From positions 679,668 through 743,667 of the forward strand of contig OZ244228.1 of assembly GCA_965217045.1 (NCBI GenBank): a DNA stretch of 64,000 nucleotides. The letters run 5' to 3'. This DNA is from Vicinamibacterales bacterium. Lineage in GTDB: Bacteria > Acidobacteriota > Vicinamibacteria > Vicinamibacterales > UBA8438. The notes beneath the pieces were generated by a model, which was not told where the DNA came from, made no database searches, and saw nothing but the letters and a program-made list of their open reading frames with translations. A program made the position numbers and the translations under genes. This document shows positions 45,433-54,764 of the stretch, one piece after another (position 1 is the first letter of the stretch; each line of letters begins with the position of its first letter).

Positions 45433-45583
45433 CTAGCGGGCCGCGGCGGTGGCGCGGGCGCCGGCTAGGGCGTAGTTCCCCTCGTGGCACGCCGACTCGA
45501 AGATGCGGTTCTCTCGCGCGTCCCCCAGCGTGAGCGGCGGCCAGCAGCCCGGCCGTCGCCGCAAGCCCGGCAAGATGACGCAT
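45433..45583 (-). pseudogene. Decayed remnant of a 13th PDLQ-CHEGN family gene (leader plus C-terminal about 35 codons, frameshifted)
   Basis: Minus-strand ATG 45583 gives MRHLAGLAATAGLLAAAHAG (signal-like). One frame over, the same DNA reads ...[35 protein letters not shown]. Compare paralogue b, LPLQRVDNEQNQIFEAACHEGNYAMTSILAGAR. About 290 codons of the family body are missing. Confidence 0.7.
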
Positions 45584-45591
45584 CCGAGCGC

Positions 45592-46572
45592 CTAGAACCC
45601 GGCCGGCTGCCGATGCCAGGAGAGGTAGGTCTTCTCGGGCACGAAGTACATGTGCGCCGTGTACCGTCCCGGGGCGCCGTCCTCGCCGTTGTAGTGCAGC
45701 AGGTGCAGGTTGTTGACCGGCGGAATCGGCAGGCCGTTGAGCGGTATCGCCGGCCACGAAGTGCCGTCCGCCAGATCCTGCTGCCGGAAGACGTACTCGA
45801 TGAAGATCAGCTTGCCGGCCGCCTCGCCGTAGATCACGCTCTCATCCCCGATCGCCGTGGCGTGGCGCGTCGACCCCCCGGAGAGATCCCGGTGATGGCG
45901 TCCCATGCGCGGGCAGAAGTCGTCCGGAAACTCCTCGCAGGCGTACAGGGAGAACCTGGGCGGCAGGCTCGTGACCGGCGGCAGGGGTCCGGCCGGCAAC
46001 GTCGGGCCGGCCTTGCCCTCCAGCGGCAGAAAGTGCCACAGCAACAGGTACGCGTTCTCGGCGGCGGCCTCACCGGCGACGAAGTCGACCGTCAGGTGCT
46101 GGGGGGCCGGGAAATCCAGTCCCCGCAGGCTCAGATTGCGGAAGCTATTGCCCGCGACCAGATCCGCCTGGCGGACGAGGTACCCGGTCGAGACGACCGC
46201 GCCGTCCTCGACGCCGAACAGCGCGCCCTGCGTGTGGGCGCCGCCCCGGATGCGCTTCTCCCAGATCGGCAGCGAATCGGAGCCGTGGGTGTCGCCGCCG
46301 TCGTGCTGGCGGAACGTCCACCGGCCGCCCGCGGCATGGAAGACGCCCCGGCCGGCCAGTTCGCCCGCGGCGGGAAAGCCCACCGGCAGCGCGCTCGCTT
46401 GCGGCAGCGACGCCAGCAGCGCCGCCCGGTCGGCCGCGGGCTGCTCTGCGATCGCGGCGGCGCCGAGCACGGCCGAAGCGCAGAGCGCCGCTGCGGCGGC
46501 CCAGGCCCACGGCCGGAATCGCGCGGCGTTGACCGACGCAGCGAATCTGTTCCGACTCTGAAGTGTGCTCAC
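45592..46572 (-). CDS. Hypothetical secreted protein
   Basis: The likely start is GTG 46572, after GGGAGG (VSTLQSRNRFAASVNAARFRPWAWAAAAALCASAVLGAAA). The frame looks coding over 326 aa. I did not recognise a family. Confidence 0.55.
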   Translation of the reverse strand: MSTLQSRNRFAASVNAARFRPWAWAAAAALCASAVLGAAAIAEQPAADRAALLASLPQASALPVGFPAAGELAGRGVFHAAGGRWTFRQHDGGDTHGSDSLPIWEKRIRGGAHTQGALFGVEDGAVVSTGYLVRQADLVAGNSFRNLSLRGLDFPAPQHLTVDFVAGEAAAENAYLLLWHFLPLEGKAGPTLPAGPLPPVTSLPPRFSLYACEEFPDDFCPRMGRHHRDLSGGSTRHATAIGDESVIYGEAAGKLIFIEYVFRQQDLADGTSWPAIPLNGLPIPPVNNLHLLHYNGEDGAPGRYTAHMYFVPEKTYLSWHRQPAGF

Positions 46573-46757
46573 GATAGTTGCCTCCCGGAAACGCGCCGGC
46601 CCGTGTTGCGGTTCGTCCCGGGGCCGGCAGAACAACGGCTGGCGTCATTGTAACCGCCCTGCCTGGCGCGAGTGTCAACTAAGCGCGCCGATTCGGCCGG
46701 CTTCGGCGGTAAGATGGGGCGCACGTCGGCGTAGTGAGCGGTGATTGGAGAACGAAC

Positions 46758-47837
46758 ATGAACGACATGCGTTTCGCGTTCTCGTGCGCCCTGGCGACCG
46801 CCTTCACCGTCGTTTCGCTGGCGCCCCGGCCTGGGGCGGCCCAGGACCGCGCGGGCGGCACGCAGACACCGTCGACGGTCGCGGCCGGCCCGTGGACGGC
46901 GCCGCGCACGCCGGACGGCCAGCCGGACCTGCAGGGCGTCTGGCTGAACACGAGTGCGACGCCCTTCGAGCGGCCGCAGGCTCTCGCGGGGAGACAGTTT
47001 CTCACCGACGACGAAGTGGCCGAGCTGTCGCGGCGGGCGGATCGGATCTTCAAGCAGAACGACGCGGACCTCGCCATCGGAGACACGTTGTTCCTGACCG
47101 CCCTGGCGGACGTCGACGCCTTTCGGAGACGCGGGGCGAACCGCAGCTCCAATTTCATGGTGGAGCGGGAGTTCGACAACCGCACGGCGCAGATCGTGGA
47201 CCCGCCCGACGGGAAACTGCCGATGCTGATGCCGGCGGCGGTCGAGAGGTGGGCGGCGCTGACCGCCCGGGACGTGGATCCGGCAGGTCCGGAGGACCTC
47301 AACACTCGCGCCCGCTGCGTGACGCCGGGGATGCCGCGCATCGGCCCCGGCCCCCGCGGCGACCCGCTGTACGGGTACTACCAGATCTTTCAGTCTCCGG
47401 GGTACTTCGTCCTCGTGATGGAGACGAACCACGACGCCCGGATCGTGCGCCTGGACGGGTCGCCGCATCTTTCCCCAGGCATCCGCCAGTGGCACGGAGA
47501 CTCGGTGGGGCGCTGGGACGGCGACACGCTGGTCATCGACACCGCGAACTTCTCATCCAAGACCAACTACCTCGGAGCCGCCGAGAACCTGCACCTCGTG
47601 GAGCGTCTGACCCGTGTCGCGTCCGACACGATCCGCTACGAGGTCACCGTCGACGACCCGACGACCTGGGCGAGGCCGTGGACGGCGGCCGTCCGCCTCA
47701 AGCGGCAAGAGGCCGCCATCTACGAGTTTGCGTGCCATGAGGGCAACGCGGGCATCATGCTGGGCATCCTCGGCACCGCGCACGCTTACGGGCCGCGGAA
47801 CGCGTCGGCATGGGAGAGGCCGGGCGCAGCACGTTGA
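46758..47837 (+). CDS. PDLQ-CHEGN family secreted protein, paralogue h
   Basis: Start ATG 46758 (MNDMRFAFSCALATAFTVVSLAPRPGAAQ). Motifs: RTPDGQPDLQGVW..TPFERP, AQIVDPPDGKLP, ARCVTPG, ETNHDARIVRLDGSPH, WHGDSVGRWDGDTLVIDTANF, YEFACHEGNA. Confidence 0.85.
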   Translation: MNDMRFAFSCALATAFTVVSLAPRPGAAQDRAGGTQTPSTVAAGPWTAPRTPDGQPDLQGVWLNTSATPFERPQALAGRQFLTDDEVAELSRRADRIFKQNDADLAIGDTLFLTALADVDAFRRRGANRSSNFMVEREFDNRTAQIVDPPDGKLPMLMPAAVERWAALTARDVDPAGPEDLNTRARCVTPGMPRIGPGPRGDPLYGYYQIFQSPGYFVLVMETNHDARIVRLDGSPHLSPGIRQWHGDSVGRWDGDTLVIDTANFSSKTNYLGAAENLHLVERLTRVASDTIRYEVTVDDPTTWARPWTAAVRLKRQEAAIYEFACHEGNAGIMLGILGTAHAYGPRNASAWERPGAAR

Positions 47838-47927
47838 GGGCCCGGCCGCGACCAGGATGCCCGAGCCGTGGTCTCGGCGCCTACGATACCCAGAGCAGCG
47901 CATCTGTCTGAACGCAGGAGGGAAAAA

Positions 47928-48959
47928 ATGACCAGACTAGGCCTCACCGTTGCGGCGATCCTGCTGGCGCTCGCCGTCTGCGCACCTGCGGCCGGCGCCC
48001 AGACTCCGTTCGATCCCCCGCGGATGCCCGACGGCAGACCCGACCTTCAGGGCGTGTGGGACTTTCGCACGCTGACGCCGCTGGAGCGCCCCGCGGATCT
48101 CGCCGACAAGGCGGTCTACGGAGAAGAAGAGGCCGCCGTGATCGAGGCGCGAGCCGCCGAGCAGAGCGCGGCCGCTCTCGCACCCACCACGGAGCGGCCC
48201 GGGCTGCCGGTTGGCGGCGATGTCGGCGCGTACAACAGCTACTGGATGGACCAGGGCGCCAGGATCGTGGAGGACCAGCGCACGTCGCTCATCGTCGATC
48301 CACCCGACGGGCGTGTGCCGCCGCTCCAGCCCGGGGCCGAGAACCAGGTCCTCTCGCTCTCCGAAGATGTGGGAGGCGCCCTGCCGGTTCGCGTCCGGTC
48401 GGCGGGGATCAGCGCCGACAGCCACGAGGCCCGCGGCCTCGCGGAGCGCTGTATCCTCGGGTTCAACACGGGTCCGCCGATCCTGCCCGGCTTCTACAAC
48501 CAGAACATCCAGCTCTTTCAGACCGGCGACCACCTGGTCGTTCTCCACGAGATGATTCACGACGCCCGCATCGTGCCGCTCGATGGGCGCGATCATGTGC
48601 CCGAGCGCATTCGGCAGTGGATGGGTGATTCCCGCGGCTACTGGGAAGGCGACACCCTCGTGGTCGAGACGAAGAACTTCACCGACAAGGTCGCCAGCTT
48701 CAACCCCACGGTTGCGATCGCGGCCGGCACCGGCGCGACCCTGCACCTGACGGAGCGCTTCAGTCTCGTGACCGAGGACACCCTCCGGTACGAGTACACC
48801 GTGAACGACCTGACGACCTTCACCCGGCCGTTTAGCGCGGTCCTGTTGATGAAGCGGGGTGGGACGCTGTTCGAGTACGCGTGTCACGAAGGAAACTACG
48901 GGCTGTACAACCAGCTGGGCGGAGCGCGCCAGGAGGAGCGGGAGCGCTCCGGCGGCTGA
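47928..48959 (+). CDS. PDLQ-CHEGN family secreted protein, paralogue i
   Basis: Start ATG 47928 follows AGGAGGG (MTRLGLTVAAILLALAVCAPAAGAQ). Motifs: RMPDGRPDLQGVW..TPLERP, SLIVDPPDGRVP, ERCILG, EMIHDARIVPLDGRDH, WMGDSRGYWEGDTLVVETKNF, FEYACHEGNY. Confidence 0.9.
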   Translation: MTRLGLTVAAILLALAVCAPAAGAQTPFDPPRMPDGRPDLQGVWDFRTLTPLERPADLADKAVYGEEEAAVIEARAAEQSAAALAPTTERPGLPVGGDVGAYNSYWMDQGARIVEDQRTSLIVDPPDGRVPPLQPGAENQVLSLSEDVGGALPVRVRSAGISADSHEARGLAERCILGFNTGPPILPGFYNQNIQLFQTGDHLVVLHEMIHDARIVPLDGRDHVPERIRQWMGDSRGYWEGDTLVVETKNFTDKVASFNPTVAIAAGTGATLHLTERFSLVTEDTLRYEYTVNDLTTFTRPFSAVLLMKRGGTLFEYACHEGNYGLYNQLGGARQEERERSGG

Positions 48960-49033
48960 GACGGGCAGGCGGCCCGTCTCCCGGCCGCCCGGGAGGCCGT
49001 GGTGGCTTCTTGCCACGGCCTCCCACAAGGTTC

Positions 49034-50047
49034 CTACTTCTCGTCCCCCTCCGCCGCGCGGGCGCCGGCGAGGATGCCTTCCATGCCGTAGTTGCCCTCG
49101 TGGCAGGCGTACTCGTACACCGCATCCTCGGACTTCCTCAGGATCACGAGCGCGGTCCACGAGGACTGCCACGTCGTCGGGTCGGTCACCGTGATTTCGT
49201 AGTGCATCGTCTCCGGCCCGACGCGCGTCAGGCGCTCGACGAGATGCAGGTTCTCGGACGCGCCGCGATAGCTGTGCTTGGGATCGAAGTTCGTCGTCTC
49301 GATGACCAGCGTGTCGCCGTCCCAGTGGGCGCGCGAGTCGCCGTGCCACTGCCGGATGTTCGTGGGCGCGTGCGGGCGGTCGCCGATCGGAATGACGCGG
49401 GAGTCGTGGATCAGCTCGCTGTACAGGACGAGATGGTCGCTCGTCTGGAAGATCTGGTAGTAGCTGTTGTAGCCCGCCCCGAGCCCGCCGACGCGCGGCA
49501 TCCCGAAGGTGATGCAACGGGACTGCAGGGGCAGGTCCTCCGGACCATCGTAGCTGCGCTGCCGCTGGGCCGCGCGGGCGGCGGCCTGCCGTTCGGCGGC
49601 GGCCGGGCTCAAGGCCGGCAACCGTCCGTTGCCTGGACGCGTGATCAGCGACGTGCGGTTGTCGAAGTCGCGCTCCACCATCCAGACGGAGCCGTAGTTG
49701 CCCGTTCCGGTACAGCCGGACTCGTGGTCGGTCGCGTCAGCCAGCGCGGCGTTGAAGACGCCGTCGGCGAAGCCCGCGTCGTCGCCGCTCCCGAACAGCC
49801 GATCCGCGGCGGCCACGAGCGAAGCCACCTCCTCGTCCGTCAACGATGCCTTCTCCTCGAGCTGCGGGGGACGTTCCAGCGGCGTTGCGCTGTTGTTGGC
49901 CCAGACCCCCTGGAGATCGGGCCGGCCGCCGGCCGTGCGCGGAACCGTCCACGCATCGTCGGCCGTCTGGCCGGTCGCGGCGATCGGCGCCAGCAGGAAC
50001 GACAGGGCAGCAAGCACACACGGTAGAAGCGGTGAGCGTCGACGCAT
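49034..50047 (-). CDS. PDLQ-CHEGN family secreted protein, paralogue j
   Basis: The track ORF extends to 50671, but the credible start is ATG 50047 (MRRRSPLLPCVLAALSFLLAPIAATGQ). Motifs: RTAGGRPDLQGVW..TPLERP, SLITRPGNGRLP, SRCITFG, ELIHDSRVIPIGDRPH, WHGDSRAHWDGDTLVIETTNF, YEYACHEGNY. Confidence 0.85.
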   Translation of the reverse strand: MRRRSPLLPCVLAALSFLLAPIAATGQTADDAWTVPRTAGGRPDLQGVWANNSATPLERPPQLEEKASLTDEEVASLVAAADRLFGSGDDAGFADGVFNAALADATDHESGCTGTGNYGSVWMVERDFDNRTSLITRPGNGRLPALSPAAAERQAAARAAQRQRSYDGPEDLPLQSRCITFGMPRVGGLGAGYNSYYQIFQTSDHLVLYSELIHDSRVIPIGDRPHAPTNIRQWHGDSRAHWDGDTLVIETTNFDPKHSYRGASENLHLVERLTRVGPETMHYEITVTDPTTWQSSWTALVILRKSEDAVYEYACHEGNYGMEGILAGARAAEGDEK

Positions 50048-50275
50048 GGACGACCTCCTTCGGAAGGTGGACCGAGTTGATATCCGCACATCATCGCACG
50101 GCGCCCAGCGTCTGTCACAGGGCCCGTCACGAGCCGCGCGGCGGCAGCGTGCGGGACGCCCCCCTGTGGCGGGCGGTGGAGCCGGCAACCGGTTGCGCAT
50201 AGAATGGGGCGGCAACGGCGGGAAGCGGAGCGCGGCCGGCGGCTGATCCGGCCGCAAACACCTAAGGAGAGACAG

Positions 50276-50875
50276 ATGAAGCGTGCAACCATCGTCATGC
50301 TCGGACTCGGGCTGCTTGCGATCGGGGTCGTCGGCCTTCACGCCGAACGCGGCGCGTCGGGCCAGGGCGATGACGGCATGATGACGCTGTTCGACGGCTC
50401 GAGCCTCGACGGCTGGAACGTCCTCGGCGACGCGAACTGGGAGCTCGCGGACGGCGCGGTGCAGGCCGACAGCGGCAGCGGCTTCCTCGTCACCGGCAAG
50501 TCGTACGCCGACTTCGAGCTGACGCTGGAGTTCTGGGTCGACGAGCCCGCGAACAGCGGCATCTTCATTCGCTGCCAGGACCCGCAGTCGGTCCGTGACA
50601 ACAATTCGTACGAGGTGAACATCTACGACACGCGGGCCGATCAGACGTACCGCACGGGGGGCATCGTGCACTTCGCCGCGCCGTCGAGCGTCATCAACGC
50701 GGGCGGGCAGTGGAACACTTACGAGATCCGGGCCGAGGGCACGCGGCTGACGGTCACGCTCAACGGCACGCAGACCGTGGACATGGACGACTCGACGTAT
50801 GCGGACGGCCCCATCGCGCTGCAGTACGGCCTCGGCGTCGTGAAGTTCCGCAACGTCCGCATCCGCGAGCTGTGA
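50276..50875 (+). CDS. DUF1080 (3-keto-disaccharide hydrolase-like, concanavalin-type) secreted protein
   Basis: Start ATG 50276 follows AAGGAGAG (MKRATIVMLGLGLLAIGVVG). It contains LFDGSSLDGWNVLGDANWELADGAV, ANSGIFIR, YEVNIYD and PIALQYG...VKFRNVRIREL. Confidence 0.8.
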   Translation: MKRATIVMLGLGLLAIGVVGLHAERGASGQGDDGMMTLFDGSSLDGWNVLGDANWELADGAVQADSGSGFLVTGKSYADFELTLEFWVDEPANSGIFIRCQDPQSVRDNNSYEVNIYDTRADQTYRTGGIVHFAAPSSVINAGGQWNTYEIRAEGTRLTVTLNGTQTVDMDDSTYADGPIALQYGLGVVKFRNVRIREL

Positions 50876-50891
50876 GGCGGAGCGGCCGCGG

Positions 50892-51158
50892 TCAGGTGCC
50901 GCGCGGCCGGCGCCACCAGGACCGGATGCGTCTCGCCGTTTCCGGGCCGGCCAGCGCCGCGCCGCCCCAGAACATGATCTCGGCGAGGACGACGATGACG
51001 GTCCCCGCCGCGCCGCGCGCCGCGATGCCGAGCGGGAGAAACGGGACGACCAGCAGGATCGGCCAGAGGGGGAGCGATGCGATCATCAGCACCGTGCCGA
51101 CCTTGGCCCACCGACTGATCGGCCTCCGCGGCGCGGCGTGCTGAGGCGCGTCGGTCAC
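50892..51158 (-). CDS. Small two-TM membrane protein (possibly transporter-suffix-domain type)
   Basis: GTG 51158 overlaps the stop of the upstream hydrolase gene (GTGA). It reads ...RWAKVGTVLMIASLPLWPILLVVPFLPLGIAARGAAGTVIVVLAEIMFWGGAALAG. Confidence 0.45.
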   Translation of the reverse strand: MTDAPQHAAPRRPISRWAKVGTVLMIASLPLWPILLVVPFLPLGIAARGAAGTVIVVLAEIMFWGGAALAGPETARRIRSWWRRPRGT

Positions 51159-52357
51159 CGGTCGGTTCGCTTGGCGCCCACGGCGAACCGGCCGGCCGCG
51201 CTGCCCCGGAACGTCCCCTGCTCGAGCCACTCGAGCGAGGCCTCGTGCAGGAGCTTGTGCTGCGTCGTCTCCCAGACGGCGAAATGGGTGGCGCACGCTA
51301 TCTCGACCAGCACCTTGCGCTCCGTGCCGGTCAGATCCGCGTAGAGCTGCCGGTCGGGCTCCAGCAGGAAGTCCTGCTCGCCGACCAGGATCAGGGTCGG
51401 CGCCCGCACCCGCGCGGCGTACTCGCGGTTCCAGCCCCACGCGCCGGCCGAGGTGCGGACCCGCATCACGCCGTGCGGCGGCCCCCAGACCGAGCCGAGC
51501 TGATCGTAGGCCATCACGGTCTGCCAGATGACCTCCTGAATCCCCGGATCGATCTGGTCGTCGCAGGCGACGGTCGAGCGCCAGCGCCCGTTCTCCAGCC
51601 TCTCCCGGGTCTGCAGGCGCATCGGCGCCTCGCCGGCCGGCAGCTTCGCCGGCGGCGCCGACGGCTGGTCCGGCCGGTAGCCCGGGGCGAACAGCACGAG
51701 CTTGTCGACGACGTCGGGGTGGCGCGCCGCGAACCCCGCGGTGCGCGGGCCGCCCGCGGACCAGCCGATCAGGCTCACTGCATCGACGCCCCGCAGCTCA
51801 CGGATGTACTCCACGACGCGGCCGATCTCGTCCCAGTCCGACTGGCTCGTCGTCAGCCCGTGCGGGTAGCGCGGCTCGCAGTCGCGCGCCAGCGGGTTGG
51901 GCGTGACCAGCGCGCGGTTGTCGGCGTCCATATTGCACGGGTCGTCCATCGCCGGCCGCGGTGACAACCCGTAGCCGGTCTGGTCCATCGCGAAAGTGTC
52001 GTAGCCGGCGGCCGCGAGATGCTCCATCCACGAGTAGTCCTTGTACGGCAGGTCGTAGTCCGGCACCGACGGTATGGACCCGCCGTGGACGAACAGCACC
52101 GCCTTGCCGTGCGGCCGCTCCCCGGCCGCGATGCGCGCGGCCAGGTCGCGGCTCAGCTTCTCGCGGAGGAACAGGCCGACCCGCTCGCCCTGGTTCGTGG
52201 GCACCGTCGACGTGTGCGGCACGAAGCGATCGACGGTCACGAAGACGTCGTCGGCGGCGCCGAGCCCGGTCCCCGCGAACGCCGCCGAGGCGAGCATCGC
52301 CGCCAACAGTGCGCCCGCGCGCCGTCCCGATCCGAGCGTTCCTGGCATTCCCGGCAT
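51155..52357 (-). CDS. Alpha/beta-fold hydrolase, secreted
   Basis: 400 aa with a signal peptide. It contains VLFVHGGS and the nucleophile elbow GWSAGG, and HFAVWE near the C-terminus supplies the catalytic His context. Confidence 0.8.
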   Translation of the reverse strand: MPGMPGTLGSGRRAGALLAAMLASAAFAGTGLGAADDVFVTVDRFVPHTSTVPTNQGERVGLFLREKLSRDLAARIAAGERPHGKAVLFVHGGSIPSVPDYDLPYKDYSWMEHLAAAGYDTFAMDQTGYGLSPRPAMDDPCNMDADNRALVTPNPLARDCEPRYPHGLTTSQSDWDEIGRVVEYIRELRGVDAVSLIGWSAGGPRTAGFAARHPDVVDKLVLFAPGYRPDQPSAPPAKLPAGEAPMRLQTRERLENGRWRSTVACDDQIDPGIQEVIWQTVMAYDQLGSVWGPPHGVMRVRTSAGAWGWNREYAARVRAPTLILVGEQDFLLEPDRQLYADLTGTERKVLVEIACATHFAVWETTQHKLLHEASLEWLEQGTFRGSAAGRFAVGAKRTDR

Positions 52358-52517
52358 GGCCTGCTCCCTCCTGCGATGGCTTCGCCGTCAATGATGCCCG
52401 AGAACGCGAGCCGGGTGCGGCGTTTATCCCGCGGGGCGCCGCCGGGATTGGTGGGATAATGTACCGGACCCGCCGTCGGCGCGGGGCACGCGGCGACGGC
52501 ATTCGGGAGGGAGCAGC

Positions 52518-53288
52518 ATGCAGACCGGTCGCAGAGCGTTCGTCAGGACCCTCGCTGCGGGGGGCGCCGCCGCGGGTGTGGTGCGCGCGGCAGCCGCGCA
52601 GCCGGCCCGCGCGGAGGGCATCGAGGCGTTCGCTTTCGACGCCTACGGGACGCTGTTCGACGTCTTCTCGGTGACGGCGCTGTGCGAGGAGCTGTTTCCT
52701 GGGCAGGGCGACCTGCTGGCGCAGCGCTGGCGTGCCAAGCAGCTCCAGTACAGCCTGCTGCGCAGCCTCATGGGCCGGCACCGCGACTTCTGGCTGGTCA
52801 CGGAGGACGCGCTGGTCTACGCGGCCCGCAGCCTCGGTCTGGATCTCACCACCCAGCGCCGCGAGCGGCTGATGGAGGCGTACCTGTCGCTGGCGGCGTT
52901 CCCCGACGTGCCGCCCGGTCTCGAGGCCCTGCGGAATCGGGGCCTGCGGCTGGCGATTCTCTCCAACGGGGAGCCCCGGATGCTGGAGGCGGCGGCCCGC
53001 AGCGCGGGCATCGACCACCTGCTCCACACGATCATCAGCGTCGAGCAGATCAAGATCTTCAAGGTCAGCCCGCGCGTCTACAACCTCGGGCTGGAGCGTC
53101 TCGGGGTCGGCCGGTCGGCGCTGGGGTTCGTCTCGTCCAACTCGTGGGACATCAACGGCGCGGCCTCGGCGGGGCTGAGCACGTTCTGGATTCAGCGCGC
53201 GGCCGCCGAGCCGCCGGAGGAGCTCGGGTTCGCGGCGAATCACGTGGTGGCGGCGATCACCGATCTGGCGCCGCTCGTGGGAGGCTAG
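52518..53288 (+). CDS. Haloacid dehalogenase type II (HAD superfamily) with Tat-type signal
   Basis: 256 aa starting MQTGRRAFVRTLAAGGAAAGV (twin-Arg). It contains FDAYGTLFDV (the nucleophile Asp motif), WRAKQLQYS, LSNG and SSNSWDI. Confidence 0.8.
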   Translation: MQTGRRAFVRTLAAGGAAAGVVRAAAAQPARAEGIEAFAFDAYGTLFDVFSVTALCEELFPGQGDLLAQRWRAKQLQYSLLRSLMGRHRDFWLVTEDALVYAARSLGLDLTTQRRERLMEAYLSLAAFPDVPPGLEALRNRGLRLAILSNGEPRMLEAAARSAGIDHLLHTIISVEQIKIFKVSPRVYNLGLERLGVGRSALGFVSSNSWDINGAASAGLSTFWIQRAAAEPPEELGFAANHVVAAITDLAPLVGG

Positions 53289-53356
53289 CAAGGCGGCCGG
53301 CCGGGCTGCGCCGGACGTGCGCGGCGGGGCGTCGAGAGGAAATCAGGAGGTGCGCG

Positions 53357-54637
53357 ATGGGTCGTGTCACATTGTCACAGGTAGTGGTTGCGCTGGTCGG
53401 GTTGGTCGTGCTGGTCGGCGTTTCGGCCCGGCCGTCGCTCGCGCAGGTCGCGCTGACCGGCGCGCGCGTGATCGACGGTAGCGGCGGGGACCCAATCGAG
53501 GGGGCCACGGTGCTCATCGGCGACGGCCGGATCCAGGCGGTCGGCGCGGCGGGCGACGTGTCGATTCCGGACGGGGCGGACCGCGTCGACGTCTCCGGCA
53601 AGACCATCATCCCGGGGCTGATCAACGCCCATGCGCATCTGAACGACGGCGACCCCGCGCTGCCGCTCTACGACCAGTTGCTCGGGCAGCTCCGGCTCTA
53701 CGCCGACTACGGCGTGACCACCATTTACACGCTGGGCGACGACGGCGTCGAGAGCGTGCGGGTGCGCGACGAGCAGGCGCGCGGCGAACGCCTCGATCGG
53801 GCGCGGCTGTACGTCTCCGGCCCGAACGTGGTCGCCGAAACGGCGGAGGAGGCCCGGCAGAGCATCGACCGCGTCGCGGACATGGGCGTGAACATCATCA
53901 AGACCCGCCTCAACGCCCAGCCGGGCGACATGACGCCGGAGGTGTACGGGGCGCTGATCGACCAGGCCCACCGGCGGGACCTGCGCGTCGCGGCGCACCT
54001 CATCGACCTGGACGACGCCAAGGGGCTGCTGGCCGCCGGCATGGATGTGGTGGCGCACAGCGTGCGCGACCAGGACGTCGACGCGGAGCTCATCTCCGAG
54101 CTGGTCCGCCGCGACGTCGGCTACATCCCGACCCTGACGCGCTGCCTTTCGGTCTTCCTGTACGAGACGACACCGGCGTTCTTCGAGGACCCGTTCTTCC
54201 TGCGGGGCGCCGGCGCCTACCGGTCGGACATGGAGGAGGTCCGCGACCCGGCCACCCACGAGCGGGTACGTAACAGCGAGACGGCCCAGGTCACCAAGCG
54301 GATGCTGGAACAGGCCAAGCGCAACATCAAGCTCCTGACGGACGCCGGCGTGACCATCGCCATGGGCACCGACAGCGGCACGTCGCTCGGCCGCTGGCAG
54401 GGCTACTTCGAGCACGTGGAGCTCGAGATGATGGTCGAGTCCGGCATGACCCCGATGCAGGCGCTGGTCGCCGCCACGGGCAACGGCGCGCGGGTCATGC
54501 ACCTCGACGAGCTGGGCACGCTCGAGCCCGGCAAGTGGGCCGACCTGGTCGTCCTGAACGCCAACCCGCTGGACGACATCACCAACACGCGCCAGATCGA
54601 CTCCGTGTGGATTGCCGGGCGGAGGTTGGGGGAGTAG
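53357..54637 (+). CDS. Amidohydrolase-family metal-dependent hydrolase, secreted
   Basis: Start ATG 53357 follows AGGAGG (MGRVTLSQVVVALVGLVVLVGVSARPSLAQ). It contains GKTIIPGLINAHAHL (HxH), VAAH, VVAHS, AMGTDSG and ADLVVLNANPL. Confidence 0.85.
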   Translation: MGRVTLSQVVVALVGLVVLVGVSARPSLAQVALTGARVIDGSGGDPIEGATVLIGDGRIQAVGAAGDVSIPDGADRVDVSGKTIIPGLINAHAHLNDGDPALPLYDQLLGQLRLYADYGVTTIYTLGDDGVESVRVRDEQARGERLDRARLYVSGPNVVAETAEEARQSIDRVADMGVNIIKTRLNAQPGDMTPEVYGALIDQAHRRDLRVAAHLIDLDDAKGLLAAGMDVVAHSVRDQDVDAELISELVRRDVGYIPTLTRCLSVFLYETTPAFFEDPFFLRGAGAYRSDMEEVRDPATHERVRNSETAQVTKRMLEQAKRNIKLLTDAGVTIAMGTDSGTSLGRWQGYFEHVELEMMVESGMTPMQALVAATGNGARVMHLDELGTLEPGKWADLVVLNANPLDDITNTRQIDSVWIAGRRLGE

Positions 54638-54764
54638 CCGAAGGGCGCCAGAGGTCGTCGGAAGCGTCGGCCGGTCGCCGGCTGGCTGCAACTGTGAGGG
54701 GGTCGCGCGCGTATACTGAACCGTTGAGGCGCGTCGCGAGCGCGCCACGGGCGGCGGAGGGCGC

